IMG/VR virus record: IMGVR_UViG_3300047323_000190
Coordinates: 1,346 to 65,345 of that record
Direction: 5' to 3' (one strand)
DNA length: 64,000 bases
DNA from: a virus
Lineage: Duplodnaviria; Caudoviricetes
The notes under the pieces are model-generated. The model ran no database searches. It worked only from the letters and a program-made list of their open reading frames with translations, and was not told the origin of the DNA. Below are positions 17,973 through 27,219 of this stretch, in pieces (the first letter of the stretch is position 1; every line of letters starts with the position of its first letter). Position numbers and translations under genes: made by a program.

Positions 17973-18155
17973 TCAGCTCTCGCGGTACCAGTATTCATAT
18001 CGTTCCAGCGCCCACTCCCTGACGACCGCGTATTTCTCATCGTCGTTCAAGGCGCACCACTCTGCTTCACTAAGACCAACCTCGCTCAGGTTGATCTCTT
18101 CCTTGTACTCGCTATGAATGTTCGCGCCGTTGTCACAGTGAAACGTGATCTTCAT
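17973..18155 (-). CDS. Small acidic hypothetical protein
   Basis: GANIHS...EW..L...EK...EWA. Confidence 0.65.
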   Translation of the reverse strand: MKITFHCDNGANIHSEYKEEINLSEVGLSEAEWCALNDDEKYAVVREWALERYEYWYRES

Positions 18156-18236
18156 GCTTCCCTCAGATGTTAGGTAGGACGTTGCTGAGGCGCCCGGTTC
18201 GGCTTTGTGCGATCGACACGCGGCGCCAGCGGGGTA

Positions 18237-18359
18237 CTACCAGAACTTCGCGATGAAGTGCAGGCCGACGTAGATCGCTCCGCACCCGCCCGCTATCACA
18301 CTCAAAGTAATCAGGACGGCGAGAATCTCAACCACCGTGAATCCGCGTTGCTTTTTCAC
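18237..18359 (-). CDS. 40-aa prepilin-type N-terminal cleavage/methylation peptide (absent from ORF track)
   Basis: GTG-KKQRG|FTVVEILAVLITLSVIAGGCGAIYVGLHFIAKFW*; GAGGGAG SD; GTGA overlap with upstream stop. Confidence 0.7.
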   Translation of the reverse strand: MKKQRGFTVVEILAVLITLSVIAGGCGAIYVGLHFIAKFW

Positions 18360-18478
18360 GCTCCCTCCCTCTCAAATTGTTGAACCGGCCGGCGACGCGT
18401 ATCAGCGCCGCGAATGAACAAGATCGCAGCGATGGCGACTAGCGCCCAGGCTGATAGGGTGATTTGCAGGGCGGTCAT
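18356..18478 (-). CDS. Small single-TM protein (40 aa)
   Basis: MTALQITLSAWALVAIAAILFIRGA. Confidence 0.6.
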   Translation of the reverse strand: MTALQITLSAWALVAIAAILFIRGADTRRRPVQQFEREGA

Positions 18479-18861
18479 GGTTGCTCCTGAAGGGCGCGGA
18501 CTCGATCCGCAAGGGCGTTGTCGCCGATGATGATTGCCATGCGCAGCGCCAGTTCCATGAACCATTTAGGCATGTCTTCTTCGCCATCGCCGCGTAGGAC
18601 GTGGGCGTGGCCGATCAGCGTGTAGACGTCGCCGTCCGTCAGCGCTTTCGGCTCGCTGGCGGGCGCGTCCAAGGAAAACTCATCCTCAAGGCCAAGCACG
18701 TAGACCAGCATCGCTTCCGCTTCCTTTGCCGTCAGGAGGTTCGTCCCTGAGCGCGGATGCGGGTAATCGGGATTGGTCGCGCACCCATCCGATGCAACTG
18801 TCTTCGGAAGCGGCCATGCCAGAAATCGGTCAACCAGTGTCTTGATGTCCATATTCAGCAC
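18475..18861 (-). CDS. Hypothetical protein
   Basis: VDRFL.W.LP...GTNLLT..EA..M. Confidence 0.7.
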   Translation of the reverse strand: MLNMDIKTLVDRFLAWPLPKTVASDGCATNPDYPHPRSGTNLLTAKEAEAMLVYVLGLEDEFSLDAPASEPKALTDGDVYTLIGHAHVLRGDGEEDMPKWFMELALRMAIIIGDNALADRVRALQEQP

Positions 18862-19012
18862 CAGGTAAATGAAGGGGTCTGCCAGTCGATCTCCACAGTC
18901 CGGCAGCGGATGCGGTGACCGTCCTTGCAGATATAGTCCGTGACGATCATCAGCGCGTATTGCAGAGCAACGAAGGTTGAGTGATAGCCGGTCATGATGT
19001 GTCTCCAGCGTG

Positions 19013-19243
19013 TTATGGCAGCGTCTTGCCAGTCACGTCCTGCACGTACTTGCGCATGACGTCGATTGCCTCGGCCTCTTTGCCGAAGTAGAACGCGTAG
19101 AAGATTCGATTCAGGTCTTCCTTCGCCTCGTCCGCGTCTGCCATGACTGGCAGGTTTCTGCGCGTCAGTTCCTTAACAAGGTCTTCGTCCGATGCGTCTT
19201 CGAGGACGTCGGTATCGTCGACCCAAACCTCTACGTATGGCAT
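19013..19243 (-). CDS. Hypothetical protein
   Basis: GGAG SD; acidic. Confidence 0.65.
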   Translation of the reverse strand: MPYVEVWVDDTDVLEDASDEDLVKELTRRNLPVMADADEAKEDLNRIFYAFYFGKEAEAIDVMRKYVQDVTGKTLP

Positions 19244-19672
19244 GTTTGCTCCGTAGTTGTACTAAGCGCGCGGCTCAGTGAAATTCAGTTCGGGGCCTAA
19301 CGGGCCCCATCCCTATAAACGCACCTTCAGGAATAAGCCCCGTATCCAGGGGCGAGGAATGCAGCATTCACGGAGGCGCGCTGGCTATGCTAGGAAGCTC
19401 GCTACTGGTGTTTCCTGCCGTAAGAACCGGGGCTAATATCCACCGGGCCAGCAGGCCTTACGCCGCGTTACTTTGCAGGGAAACAACGCGCTTTCGTGAA
19501 AACTGCTCACGTGCGAGACCAGTCTGTATTCCCGGTCCCGCACGCCTTCCGCCGCAGCCGCACAACTCACAAGGTCACACGACTGCTGCGGGTGCGTTCG
19601 CTTTTTACTCGAGCGAACAGCTATGTTCCGAGTCCTCAAACATCGAGGAATGGCTGGCTATACAAGCCCTTG

Positions 19673-19717
19673 ACGGCTCACCATGAGCCGGTGTTACTTG
19701 CTTTTTGTTAAAGAACA
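19673..19717 (-). promoter_or_regulatory. boxA-like antitermination site plus hairpin (nutL-like)
   Basis: Minus strand TGTTCTTTAACA (19717-19706) followed by a CGGCTCA/TGAGCCG hairpin. Confidence 0.55.
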
Positions 19718-19802
19718 TTTGTGCTCCACGGTTAGCGCCATGCTGCCGTGGTACTGCGTGCTATCGGTACTGAGAAGCGCTGTCGCTTCTCGCTACGGAC
19801 AG

Positions 19803-20531
19803 TTAGGCTGCTGCCGTCTGATACTTCGCCCACTGCTCCGCGATCCACGCGATACCCTTCGGCGTGAACATGGACTGCGTGAAGGCGTGGTCGTTGTTGC
19901 CGATACCCGCCTTCACCGCGAATCGTTCCGCGTGCTGGTGATGGGCGTAGGCCGTCAGGCGACCATTCAGGCGATACATGATGTTGTTGCTAATCAGAAA
20001 GGCGCCGAACTCGCGTTCGTTTGCATTAAGCAACTTGGCGACTTCGCGGAATCCTTTGTTGCCATCGGCTTGCGTGTAGCGCTCAACGAATTCGACGGCT
20101 GGCTTCTGCGCCTCCAATTGCGCGGACTGCAGCTCTATCTGTTCCGCTTGCTCTGCGGCGAGACGAAGTGCACCTGAAAGCGTCGTGGGAATCTTGAACT
20201 GGACTACGTTCGACTTAGCTTGGCGCTCGCAAGCGATGAAGTAATCGCGAATATCGCGGCCCTTCGCCGTGCGGGACATCATCGCAACGTGCTTGCCGCA
20301 TTCCAGCGTCAGTACATACTCAATACGCGGGCGATTTCCCTTTTCCCCTTTCTGGGGGAATGCTTCGAAATCAATGCCTTGCGTGAACAGATCGCCAAGT
20401 TGCGCTTTGATCCAATCGCTGAAGTCTTTGCGGATCTCGAGGAATTCGTGCAGATCACGCGCATTGACGGTCTGAATCGACTCGTCGCCGATGCTGCGTT
20501 CCGTTACTTCGATCAAGGCTTGCTGGCTCAT
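19803..20531 (-). CDS. ant: Antirepressor (AntA/AntB plus KilAC domains)
   Basis: VNARDLHEFL....DFSDWIK...R.YFI.CE; PTT.S.AL..AA...KP.VEF...FTPKG..W. Confidence 0.9.
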   Translation of the reverse strand: MSQQALIEVTERSIGDESIQTVNARDLHEFLEIRKDFSDWIKAQLGDLFTQGIDFEAFPQKGEKGNRPRIEYVLTLECGKHVAMMSRTAKGRDIRDYFIACERQAKSNVVQFKIPTTLSGALRLAAEQAEQIELQSAQLEAQKPAVEFVERYTQADGNKGFREVAKLLNANEREFGAFLISNNIMYRLNGRLTAYAHHQHAERFAVKAGIGNNDHAFTQSMFTPKGIAWIAEQWAKYQTAAA

Positions 20532-20566
20532 CTCTCACTCCGGCGTTTGTGCTGCTGACGGAATTC

Positions 20567-20608
20567 ATTATTGCAAATGTACTTAGGTAGGTCAAGTACA
20601 TTTGTGCT
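20567..20608 (-). promoter_or_regulatory. pL promoter with two 14-bp operators
   Basis: TTGACC-17-AATAAT; operators ATTGCAAATGTACT (20570) and AGTACATTTGTGCT (20595). Confidence 0.75.
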
Positions 20609-20646
20609 GAAATTTTCAGAAATTTTTCTAGGGGTTATTACGAACG

Positions 20647-20673
20647 AAGAAAAGCCCGCGCGGGGCGGGCTTC
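20647..20673 (-). terminator. Terminator after cI
   Basis: AAGCCCGC/GCGGGCTT hairpin with U-tract on the minus strand. Confidence 0.75.
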
Positions 20674-20695
20674 TGAGAGTGTGATGCGGAGCTAG

Positions 20696-21469
20696 TTATT
20701 CGTCTTCGTCGTAGTGCGTGTGGGCGCGCATCCGGCCGATGATCTCAAGCCCGTCCCGGTCACTGTGAAGCGTGGCGTAGTCGTTATTCAGCGGGATCAG
20801 CTCAAATGTCATGATGCCTCGTTCATTGAGCCCAATCTCGCGGTATTTACGAAACACGCCGTCGCCCGACCTGGTACGGGCAAAGACGTACTTCCCAGGC
20901 GCCGGCGGTCGCTCGGGATCGATGATAACAACGACTCGGCCTCGTTCAAACGTAGGCTCCATCGAACTGTCTTCGATGGGGATCGCGAATGTAGACGGGG
21001 ATGATTCCTTGTGGATGGTGATGCGCCCCAACGGCTCGCCAAGAGTATTGGGATCAATCAACGCAGTCATTTTTGTAGCCTGCTCGCTAGTTAGGATGGG
21101 TATCTCTCGCAGGGGCTGTAAAACGTTTGCGTCAGCAGACCCTGTTGGCCCTCCACCAATCCTATGACTACGCGTTGTCAGGGAATCCTTAATCAGATGC
21201 CCCTTTTGCCCACTAATTGAAACATCGGATGCACTTGTTTTGTGCTTTGAAATGCCGAGCATCTCCCCTCGCCCGGTCTCTAGCCACTCCGGTCGAACTC
21301 CCAGCGCTCCAGCGAGCTTCAAAATGTGTTTCGTGCCCTGATTCCGACCCCGTTCTATCTGCGCAATCGTTGACTGAGATACTCCCGACGCCTTTGCTAG
21401 TTGTTCTTGCGACATCTCACGGGCCTCGCGGCGGTCTCGGACCCTGTCGCCAAATGTTGTGGTAACCAT
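20696..21469 (-). CDS. cI: CI-like repressor (HTH plus S24 peptidase)
   Basis: HTH SQEQLAKASGVSQSTIAQIERG; SM.P and K catalytic dyad region. Confidence 0.92.
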   Translation of the reverse strand: MVTTTFGDRVRDRREAREMSQEQLAKASGVSQSTIAQIERGRNQGTKHILKLAGALGVRPEWLETGRGEMLGISKHKTSASDVSISGQKGHLIKDSLTTRSHRIGGGPTGSADANVLQPLREIPILTSEQATKMTALIDPNTLGEPLGRITIHKESSPSTFAIPIEDSSMEPTFERGRVVVIIDPERPPAPGKYVFARTRSGDGVFRKYREIGLNERGIMTFELIPLNNDYATLHSDRDGLEIIGRMRAHTHYDEDE

Positions 21470-21542
21470 ATTGCAATCGTAATAGGGTCTAGGATTGCTT
21501 TGGTACTTGCGTTCCAAGTACAAATGCAATAAGATGTACTTC
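21470..21542. promoter_or_regulatory. oR region: pR and three 14-bp operators
   Basis: TTGCGT-17-TAAGAT; operators at 21470, 21494, 21517 match those at pL; cI and cro appear leaderless. Confidence 0.75.
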
Positions 21543-21815
21543 ATGAACGCACAAGCCATCATCTCCGAACTCGTGAACCGCGGCCTGACGCAGCAAGAAA
21601 TCCAGCGTCGCAGCGGTGTCCATCAGTCTACCGTGTCGGCGCTGCTGACTGGTCGGCGCGGCAAAAACACGTCCTACGACATTGTCACGAAACTTCAGAA
21701 GTTGCTCGAGGAAGTGATAGCTGAGCAAAGCAAATCCATCGACGACGCCCAAAACAATCCGGGCGGGAGTTCGGAAAGAAAACTCAAACAAGCGCGCGAA
21801 CGTAGCGCGATCTAA
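21543..21815 (+). CDS. cro: Cro-like HTH protein
   Basis: GLTQQEI....GV.QSTVS.L; divergent from cI. Confidence 0.85.
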   Translation: MNAQAIISELVNRGLTQQEIQRRSGVHQSTVSALLTGRRGKNTSYDIVTKLQKLLEEVIAEQSKSIDDAQNNPGGSSERKLKQARERSAI

Positions 21816-21941
21816 ACCGAGGACGCCCAAAACGGGCGATTCACCAAAAATATTTATCGGGAGCTGGGGGCTGTAGTTCATCTGGGTTCCTTTTTATCGT
21901 TTAAGCGTCGATGAGACGCTTTTATTTAACGTGAGGCTCAA

Positions 21942-22361
21942 GTGTCCAGTCCAGTGTCAACTCCCGCCACTCAGTTCGAATTGCCGCTGATGTGTCGTAT
22001 GAATCGCCCCCTGCGAGTCGAGCAATCTGTAGTCGAATCAATTGTTTGTGAGTCGGGGCTGATCTTGAAGGCAATCGAACTCTCGAAGTTCAAGTTTATG
22101 GAAAAGACCTACGCCGGTTACCTCGGTTTGTCGCCTAGCCAGTTCTCGAAGATCAAGAACGGTCGCGACGGCGCCGGGAAGGTTTGGCATCTGCCGATTA
22201 CGACAGTTGCCCGTTTCGAGTGTTTAGTCGGACATACGTTGTTGACTCAATGGATCGAGCACCAGCGCGACATGCTCCTGGATGACGAGATGCGGGAGCT
22301 TTGGGAACTAGAACAGCGGGTCGCTCAACTGAAATTGAAAAAGGCGAAGGTGGCCGCATGA
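21942..22361 (+). CDS. CII-like regulator
   Basis: Position after cro; HTH A.YLGLS.SQFSKIK. Confidence 0.6.
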   Translation: MSSPVSTPATQFELPLMCRMNRPLRVEQSVVESIVCESGLILKAIELSKFKFMEKTYAGYLGLSPSQFSKIKNGRDGAGKVWHLPITTVARFECLVGHTLLTQWIEHQRDMLLDDEMRELWELEQRVAQLKLKKAKVAA

Positions 22362-22685
22362 CCCTGCACAAACGCAACGAACTCGAGCGCGCCCAATGGG
22401 ACGCGTATCTGGCCCGTCAGGACACGTCGGTAGTCGGGCGTGTTCTGCGGTCGCCGATCACGTTCGGAATCTGTCTGGCGGCGCTGTGTGCGGTTCCCGT
22501 CGTGGCCGTGATTCTTTGTCTGGGGTGCTGAGATGAAACGTGACTTGCTGACCATGAAGACGCCGGAGCAGGCCAAGCAAATGGACATGGCTCGCAACAT
22601 CGCCATGCTTAAAACCAAGCAAGCGAAGCGTCAGCAGGCGCATATGTTGTGCGCGTCGCTGGTGAGAATGATTCGGGGTAAATGA

Positions 22686-23507
22686 GTGCTGCGCTATCGC
22701 ATCCGCAACTGGAATAAGTTTCAGCACTTCAAGGATAGAAAGCCTCCTTGGGTGAAGTTGTACAGAGACATTTTGGATGACAGAGCATGGCACCGACTCA
22801 ACCCGGAAGCAGCCAAAACGCTCGTGATGTTGTGGTTGATTGCCAGCGAGAGTGACGGCTGGCTTCCGGAACTTGAAGATTTGGCGTTTCGGCTTAGGAC
22901 TACTGAAAACGCCTTAGAAAACATACTGTTAGAGCTTACTGGAGGATGGTTGGAGCAAGGTGATATCAGCCTGATATCAGACGGATATCAAGATGATGCA
23001 CCAGAGACAGAGGGAGAGAGAGAGGAAGAGATAGAGGGAGAGGAAGAAAAATCCCCCCCTACCCCCCCATCGCCTGACGGCGACGAGGGGTTGATTGGGA
23101 GCGACGAGCAAAAGCGGGAACTTGGCGGCACGCCAGCGGAGTACGCAGATGCAAAGCCCAAGCGGGAACGCAAGGCCGGTGTTTCGTTGAAGACATGGGT
23201 TGAAGCCTGCAAGAACGCGGGCGAAAAGCCGATTAGCGAATACAAGCCATTGCTGGAGTACGCAGAAGGCGTGAGGTTGCCGATGGATTTCATCCAGCTC
23301 TGCTGGAACGTCTTCAAGCGCGAACACCTGCAGGATGGCGTGAAGGCAGCGCGAAGACAGAAGGATTGGCGAAGACATTTTTTGAACTACGTCGAGAAGG
23401 GCTACTACAAGCTCTGGTTCTTCACGGCGGACGGGAAATGCGAACTGACTTCGGTCGGTAAGCAGGCGCAAAGATTTCACGAGAGACCTAACCGGGAAGC
23501 GGCATGA
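22686..23507 (+). CDS. Replication initiator (O-like)
   Basis: RIRNWNKFQHFKDR.PPW.KLY; internal iterons; directly upstream of DnaB. Confidence 0.8.
   Translation: MLRYRIRNWNKFQHFKDRKPPWVKLYRDILDDRAWHRLNPEAAKTLVMLWLIASESDGWLPELEDLAFRLRTTENALENILLELTGGWLEQGDISLISDGYQDDAPETEGEREEEIEGEEEKSPPTPPSPDGDEGLIGSDEQKRELGGTPAEYADAKPKRERKAGVSLKTWVEACKNAGEKPISEYKPLLEYAEGVRLPMDFIQLCWNVFKREHLQDGVKAARRQKDWRRHFLNYVEKGYYKLWFFTADGKCELTSVGKQAQRFHERPNREAA
22961..22990. repeat. Putative replication-origin iterons
   Basis: TGATATCA, TGATATCA, GGATATCA at 11-bp spacing, followed by a purine-only tract. Confidence 0.65.
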
Positions 23508-24874
23508 CGGCAAACGACATTTCGAGAAGCGTTCCACAGGCGGTAGAGGCAGAACAGTTCGTGCTCGGCGCCCTTCTGCTGGACAACGACGCAATCGATA
23601 GAATCGGCGATCTGAAGACTGAGCATTTCTTCCGAGGCGACCATCGCGCGATCTACGGCGAGATCGTCGACATGCTGTCGAACGGCGTCGGCGTCGACGT
23701 GCTGACGGTGTACCAGCGCATGCAATCAAAGGGCAGAGCCGATGATTTCGGCGGCTTGGCCTATCTCAACTCGCTGGTGCAAAACACGGCAAGTTCCGCG
23801 AATATCGGTCGCTGGGCTAGCAGCATTCGCGATCGCGCCCAGAAGCGCGGCCTGTTGTCCGTTGCATCGGAAATCCAGGAGCAAGTCGCGGCGTCGCGTG
23901 ACGAGGCCAATACGCTGATCGACTCCGCTGCTGCAAAGCTGGAAGCGCTCGCCGAAGCGCGCATCAAACGCGAGCCGAAGCTGGTCCGCGAACATATGGC
24001 TACGCACATGGCCGTTCTCGATGAGCGCATGGAAGGCAAGATGCGCGTCATCCCTACCGGCCTTCCTGACCTGGACGACGTTCTGAGCGGCGGCATCCGC
24101 CCCGGCAACGTCGTCGTTCTGGGCGCGCGCCCCTCTGTCGGCAAGACGGCATTGGGCCTCTCCGTGGCGGCGAACGTGGCGCATGACTATGGCGTCCTGG
24201 TCCTGTCGCTCGAAATGACGCAGACAGAACTGAATGACCGGCTCATCGCCATGCTGGGTCGAGTGTCGCTGGACTCAGTGCTGAAGGCGCGCGAGAGCGA
24301 TTCGAAGTTCTGGAACTCGCTGACAGCCACCGCGCACAAGATCAACGAACTCTCGCTTGTAACGGACGATCAAGGCGGCGTGAACCTGCTGGACGTTCGA
24401 AACAAGACTCGAGCCGCAAAGCGAAAGTACGGCATTGACCTGTTGATTGTCGATTATCTCCAACTGATGCATGGCCGCGACGAATCGCAGACGCGTAACT
24501 ACCAGCTGGAAGAAATCTCGCGCGGCATGAAAGCGCTCGCGAAGGAATTGAGCATCGGCGTTATCGAACTCGTCCAATTGAACCGGGCCGCTGACGGCGG
24601 CATGCGTTTCAAGATGAAGGACATTCGCGATTGCGGTTCCATCGAACAGGACGCCGATGTTATCGCTTTCCTGCATCGCCCGATCAAGGACAACCCCGAT
24701 CTAGGTTCCGACTTCGCAAACTTCGCGTGGCTCCAGGTTGAGAAGAATCGCCAAGGTGCTTGCCGGGATATCGCCCTTTTCTATCAAGGCGACCAGACGC
24801 GGTTCGATTCGTGGTCGGGGCGTTGGCCCGAATCATCCGCGCCGTCGCGTCGCCGCTCGAAACTGGAGGACTGA
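23504..24874 (+). CDS. dnaB: DnaB-like replicative helicase
   Basis: EAEQ.VLGALL, GARPSVGKT, SLEM, VDYLQL, IEQDAD, KNRQG. Confidence 0.96.
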   Translation: MTANDISRSVPQAVEAEQFVLGALLLDNDAIDRIGDLKTEHFFRGDHRAIYGEIVDMLSNGVGVDVLTVYQRMQSKGRADDFGGLAYLNSLVQNTASSANIGRWASSIRDRAQKRGLLSVASEIQEQVAASRDEANTLIDSAAAKLEALAEARIKREPKLVREHMATHMAVLDERMEGKMRVIPTGLPDLDDVLSGGIRPGNVVVLGARPSVGKTALGLSVAANVAHDYGVLVLSLEMTQTELNDRLIAMLGRVSLDSVLKARESDSKFWNSLTATAHKINELSLVTDDQGGVNLLDVRNKTRAAKRKYGIDLLIVDYLQLMHGRDESQTRNYQLEEISRGMKALAKELSIGVIELVQLNRAADGGMRFKMKDIRDCGSIEQDADVIAFLHRPIKDNPDLGSDFANFAWLQVEKNRQGACRDIALFYQGDQTRFDSWSGRWPESSAPSRRRSKLED

Positions 24875-24876
24875 CC

Positions 24877-25626
24877 ATGTTCAAGAATGACATGCACAAG
24901 CTGTATGCCGCAGCCGAAAAGATCACTGACAAGTGGGGTGTGCTGCGGTTTGTCTATCAACAGGAATACGCAAGGATCATCGCAGCGAGCGCTGAGAACA
25001 TCCGCGGGCGCGTCGATCCCTATTTCGTGAACTGGATGAAGGACGCTTCGCCGATCGAAATCCGCGCATGGGGCGATATTCGCGGGCGCTGCACGCCGAT
25101 GTATCCGCAGTTCCCTCTGTTCAACTACTTCATCGACTTCGCCAATCCGTACCTGAAGGTCGGCATCGAGTTGGACGGTAAGCAATGGCACGACGCGGAA
25201 AAGGATCGCGAGCGCGACGAGTTCCTTGTTTCGGTTGGTTGGCATATCTATCGCATCACCGGCTCGGAAGCTAACAAGACCGTCGACCTCCCGCACTATC
25301 CGGACGAGTATGACTATGACGAAGAGAAGCGCGAGGCCATCTACGAAGACTACTTCATGAACTCGTGTGAAGGCATCACCCGCGCAATCGACATCATTTA
25401 CTTCGAAGGACACAACCCGCTCAAATCGCTGGACGTGTGCTATCGGACGCTTGACAAGCACAGATTGGCCGACTTCGAGATTGGTCCTGAGTCGGCGCTG
25501 AACGAGTGGGCCTACGAAAACCACATGAAGCGGATATTCGAATCGATGATGTTCAAAAACCATCCTGAACTCGTTGCTGCGGCAAAGCGCGAGTTGGACG
25601 AAACGGATGAGAGCTGGCTCAAATGA
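24877..25626 (+). CDS. DUF559/Vsr-like endonuclease
   Basis: SPIE...Q....Y.IDFA....IELDG..WH...D..RD..L...GW..YR.TG. Confidence 0.8.
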   Translation: MFKNDMHKLYAAAEKITDKWGVLRFVYQQEYARIIAASAENIRGRVDPYFVNWMKDASPIEIRAWGDIRGRCTPMYPQFPLFNYFIDFANPYLKVGIELDGKQWHDAEKDRERDEFLVSVGWHIYRITGSEANKTVDLPHYPDEYDYDEEKREAIYEDYFMNSCEGITRAIDIIYFEGHNPLKSLDVCYRTLDKHRLADFEIGPESALNEWAYENHMKRIFESMMFKNHPELVAAAKRELDETDESWLK

Positions 25627-25791
25627 CCGAATCCGAAGCAAAAGACGTCGCCGAAGAACTCGCCGACTTGTCGCTAGACGCCAGACGCGCATATCTAGCC
25701 GATCTGGCAAAGACAGATGAAGCAGCAGTAGAGCAGATCAAGCAGGCGCTTCTGGCGCTGTGGGCTGAGAGAACGTAAGAGAGACGAGAAA

Positions 25792-27219
25792 ATGGAAATG
25801 GTTGCAAACAGAGCGGTGAGGACTGCTTACAAGGATTACGAGGCGTTCATCGCGAGCAAGCAGTTCGCCGACGTGCCGACGGGTTTCGATTGCGCCGTGC
25901 CGGTTGGCCCGCTGTTCGACTTTCAGGCCGCCTGCGTCCAGTGGGCACTGAAGCGTGGTCGCGCTGCGCTGTTCGAGGATACGGGGCTCGGCAAGACGGT
26001 CCAGCAGGTGACGTGGGCGAACGAGGTCTGCAAGCACACGGGTGGCAACGTCATCATCGCGGCGCCGCTTTGTGTGGCGCAACAGACCATCGAGGAAGCG
26101 GAAAAGATCGGCGTCGAGATCAAGTATTGCCGGCACGATTCGGAAGTGGTCGACGGCATCACGATCACGAACTACGAAATGCTTGACCAGTTCGATCTGG
26201 AATCGTTCGTCGGTGTCGTGCTGGACGAGTCGAGCGTTATCAAGTCCGTCAACGGAAAGACGCGTCAGTTCATCACGGATGCCTTCCGCCGCACGCCATA
26301 CAAGCTTTCCTGCACTGCAACGCCCAGCCCGAATGACTGGATGGAGCTCGGCAACCAGGCGGAGTTCCTTGGCGTCATGACGGCCGTCGAAATGCTGTCG
26401 ACGTTCTTTACGCACGACGGCGGCGACACGGGCAAGTGGCGCTTGAAGGGTCACGGCAAGGTCAAGTTTTGGGAATGGATGGCAACGTGGGCGATCTGCA
26501 TTCGCAGCCCTGCCGATCTTGGCTTCGATGGCTCGGCCTACGTTCTGCCGGGGCTGAATCTGCATGAGCACGTTGTCTCGGGTGGCGAACTGCTTGACGG
26601 GCATCTGTTCCCGGTCGTCGCTCAATCGCTCTCAGAACGTCGCCAAGCGAAGAAAGCCAGCATCGATTCGCGCCTTGAACTGTCCGCGCGCCTCGCTAAC
26701 GAGCACGACGGCTCGGTGATCGTCTGGTGCCACCTGAATGAGGAATCGGAACGTCTGACGAAGATGATTCGCGGCGCAGTGGAGGTGACGGGTTCCATGA
26801 CGGCGGAGCAGAAGACCGAAAACATCATGGCTTTCACGCACGGCACGGCTCGCGTGCTGGTTAGCAAGCCTTCGATCTGCGGCGCCGGCATGAACTGGCA
26901 GCACTGCAACCAGATGATTTTCGCTGGCATGAATGACAGCTTCGAAGAGTTCTATCAAGCCGTCCGCCGCTGCTATCGGTTCGGACAGAAACGGGAAGTC
27001 AATGCCCACATCATCACCGCCGATACCGAAGGCGCAGTGAAAGACAACATCAAGCGCAAGCAGGACCAAGCAAACGCCATGGCCGGTGAAATGGTCGGTT
27101 ACATGCGCGACCTCACGAAGCAACAAATTCAAGGCGCGTCGAGCGGAACCGAAGCCTATCGCCCGGCGATGCCTATCACGATCCCTGCATGGGTCATCAA
27201 GAACGTGGAGAAAAACTAA
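25792..27219 (+). CDS. SNF2-like SF2 helicase
   Basis: DTGLGKT, LDESS, TATP, GMNWQ, QAVRRC.RFGQ. Confidence 0.9.
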   Translation: MEMVANRAVRTAYKDYEAFIASKQFADVPTGFDCAVPVGPLFDFQAACVQWALKRGRAALFEDTGLGKTVQQVTWANEVCKHTGGNVIIAAPLCVAQQTIEEAEKIGVEIKYCRHDSEVVDGITITNYEMLDQFDLESFVGVVLDESSVIKSVNGKTRQFITDAFRRTPYKLSCTATPSPNDWMELGNQAEFLGVMTAVEMLSTFFTHDGGDTGKWRLKGHGKVKFWEWMATWAICIRSPADLGFDGSAYVLPGLNLHEHVVSGGELLDGHLFPVVAQSLSERRQAKKASIDSRLELSARLANEHDGSVIVWCHLNEESERLTKMIRGAVEVTGSMTAEQKTENIMAFTHGTARVLVSKPSICGAGMNWQHCNQMIFAGMNDSFEEFYQAVRRCYRFGQKREVNAHIITADTEGAVKDNIKRKQDQANAMAGEMVGYMRDLTKQQIQGASSGTEAYRPAMPITIPAWVIKNVEKN

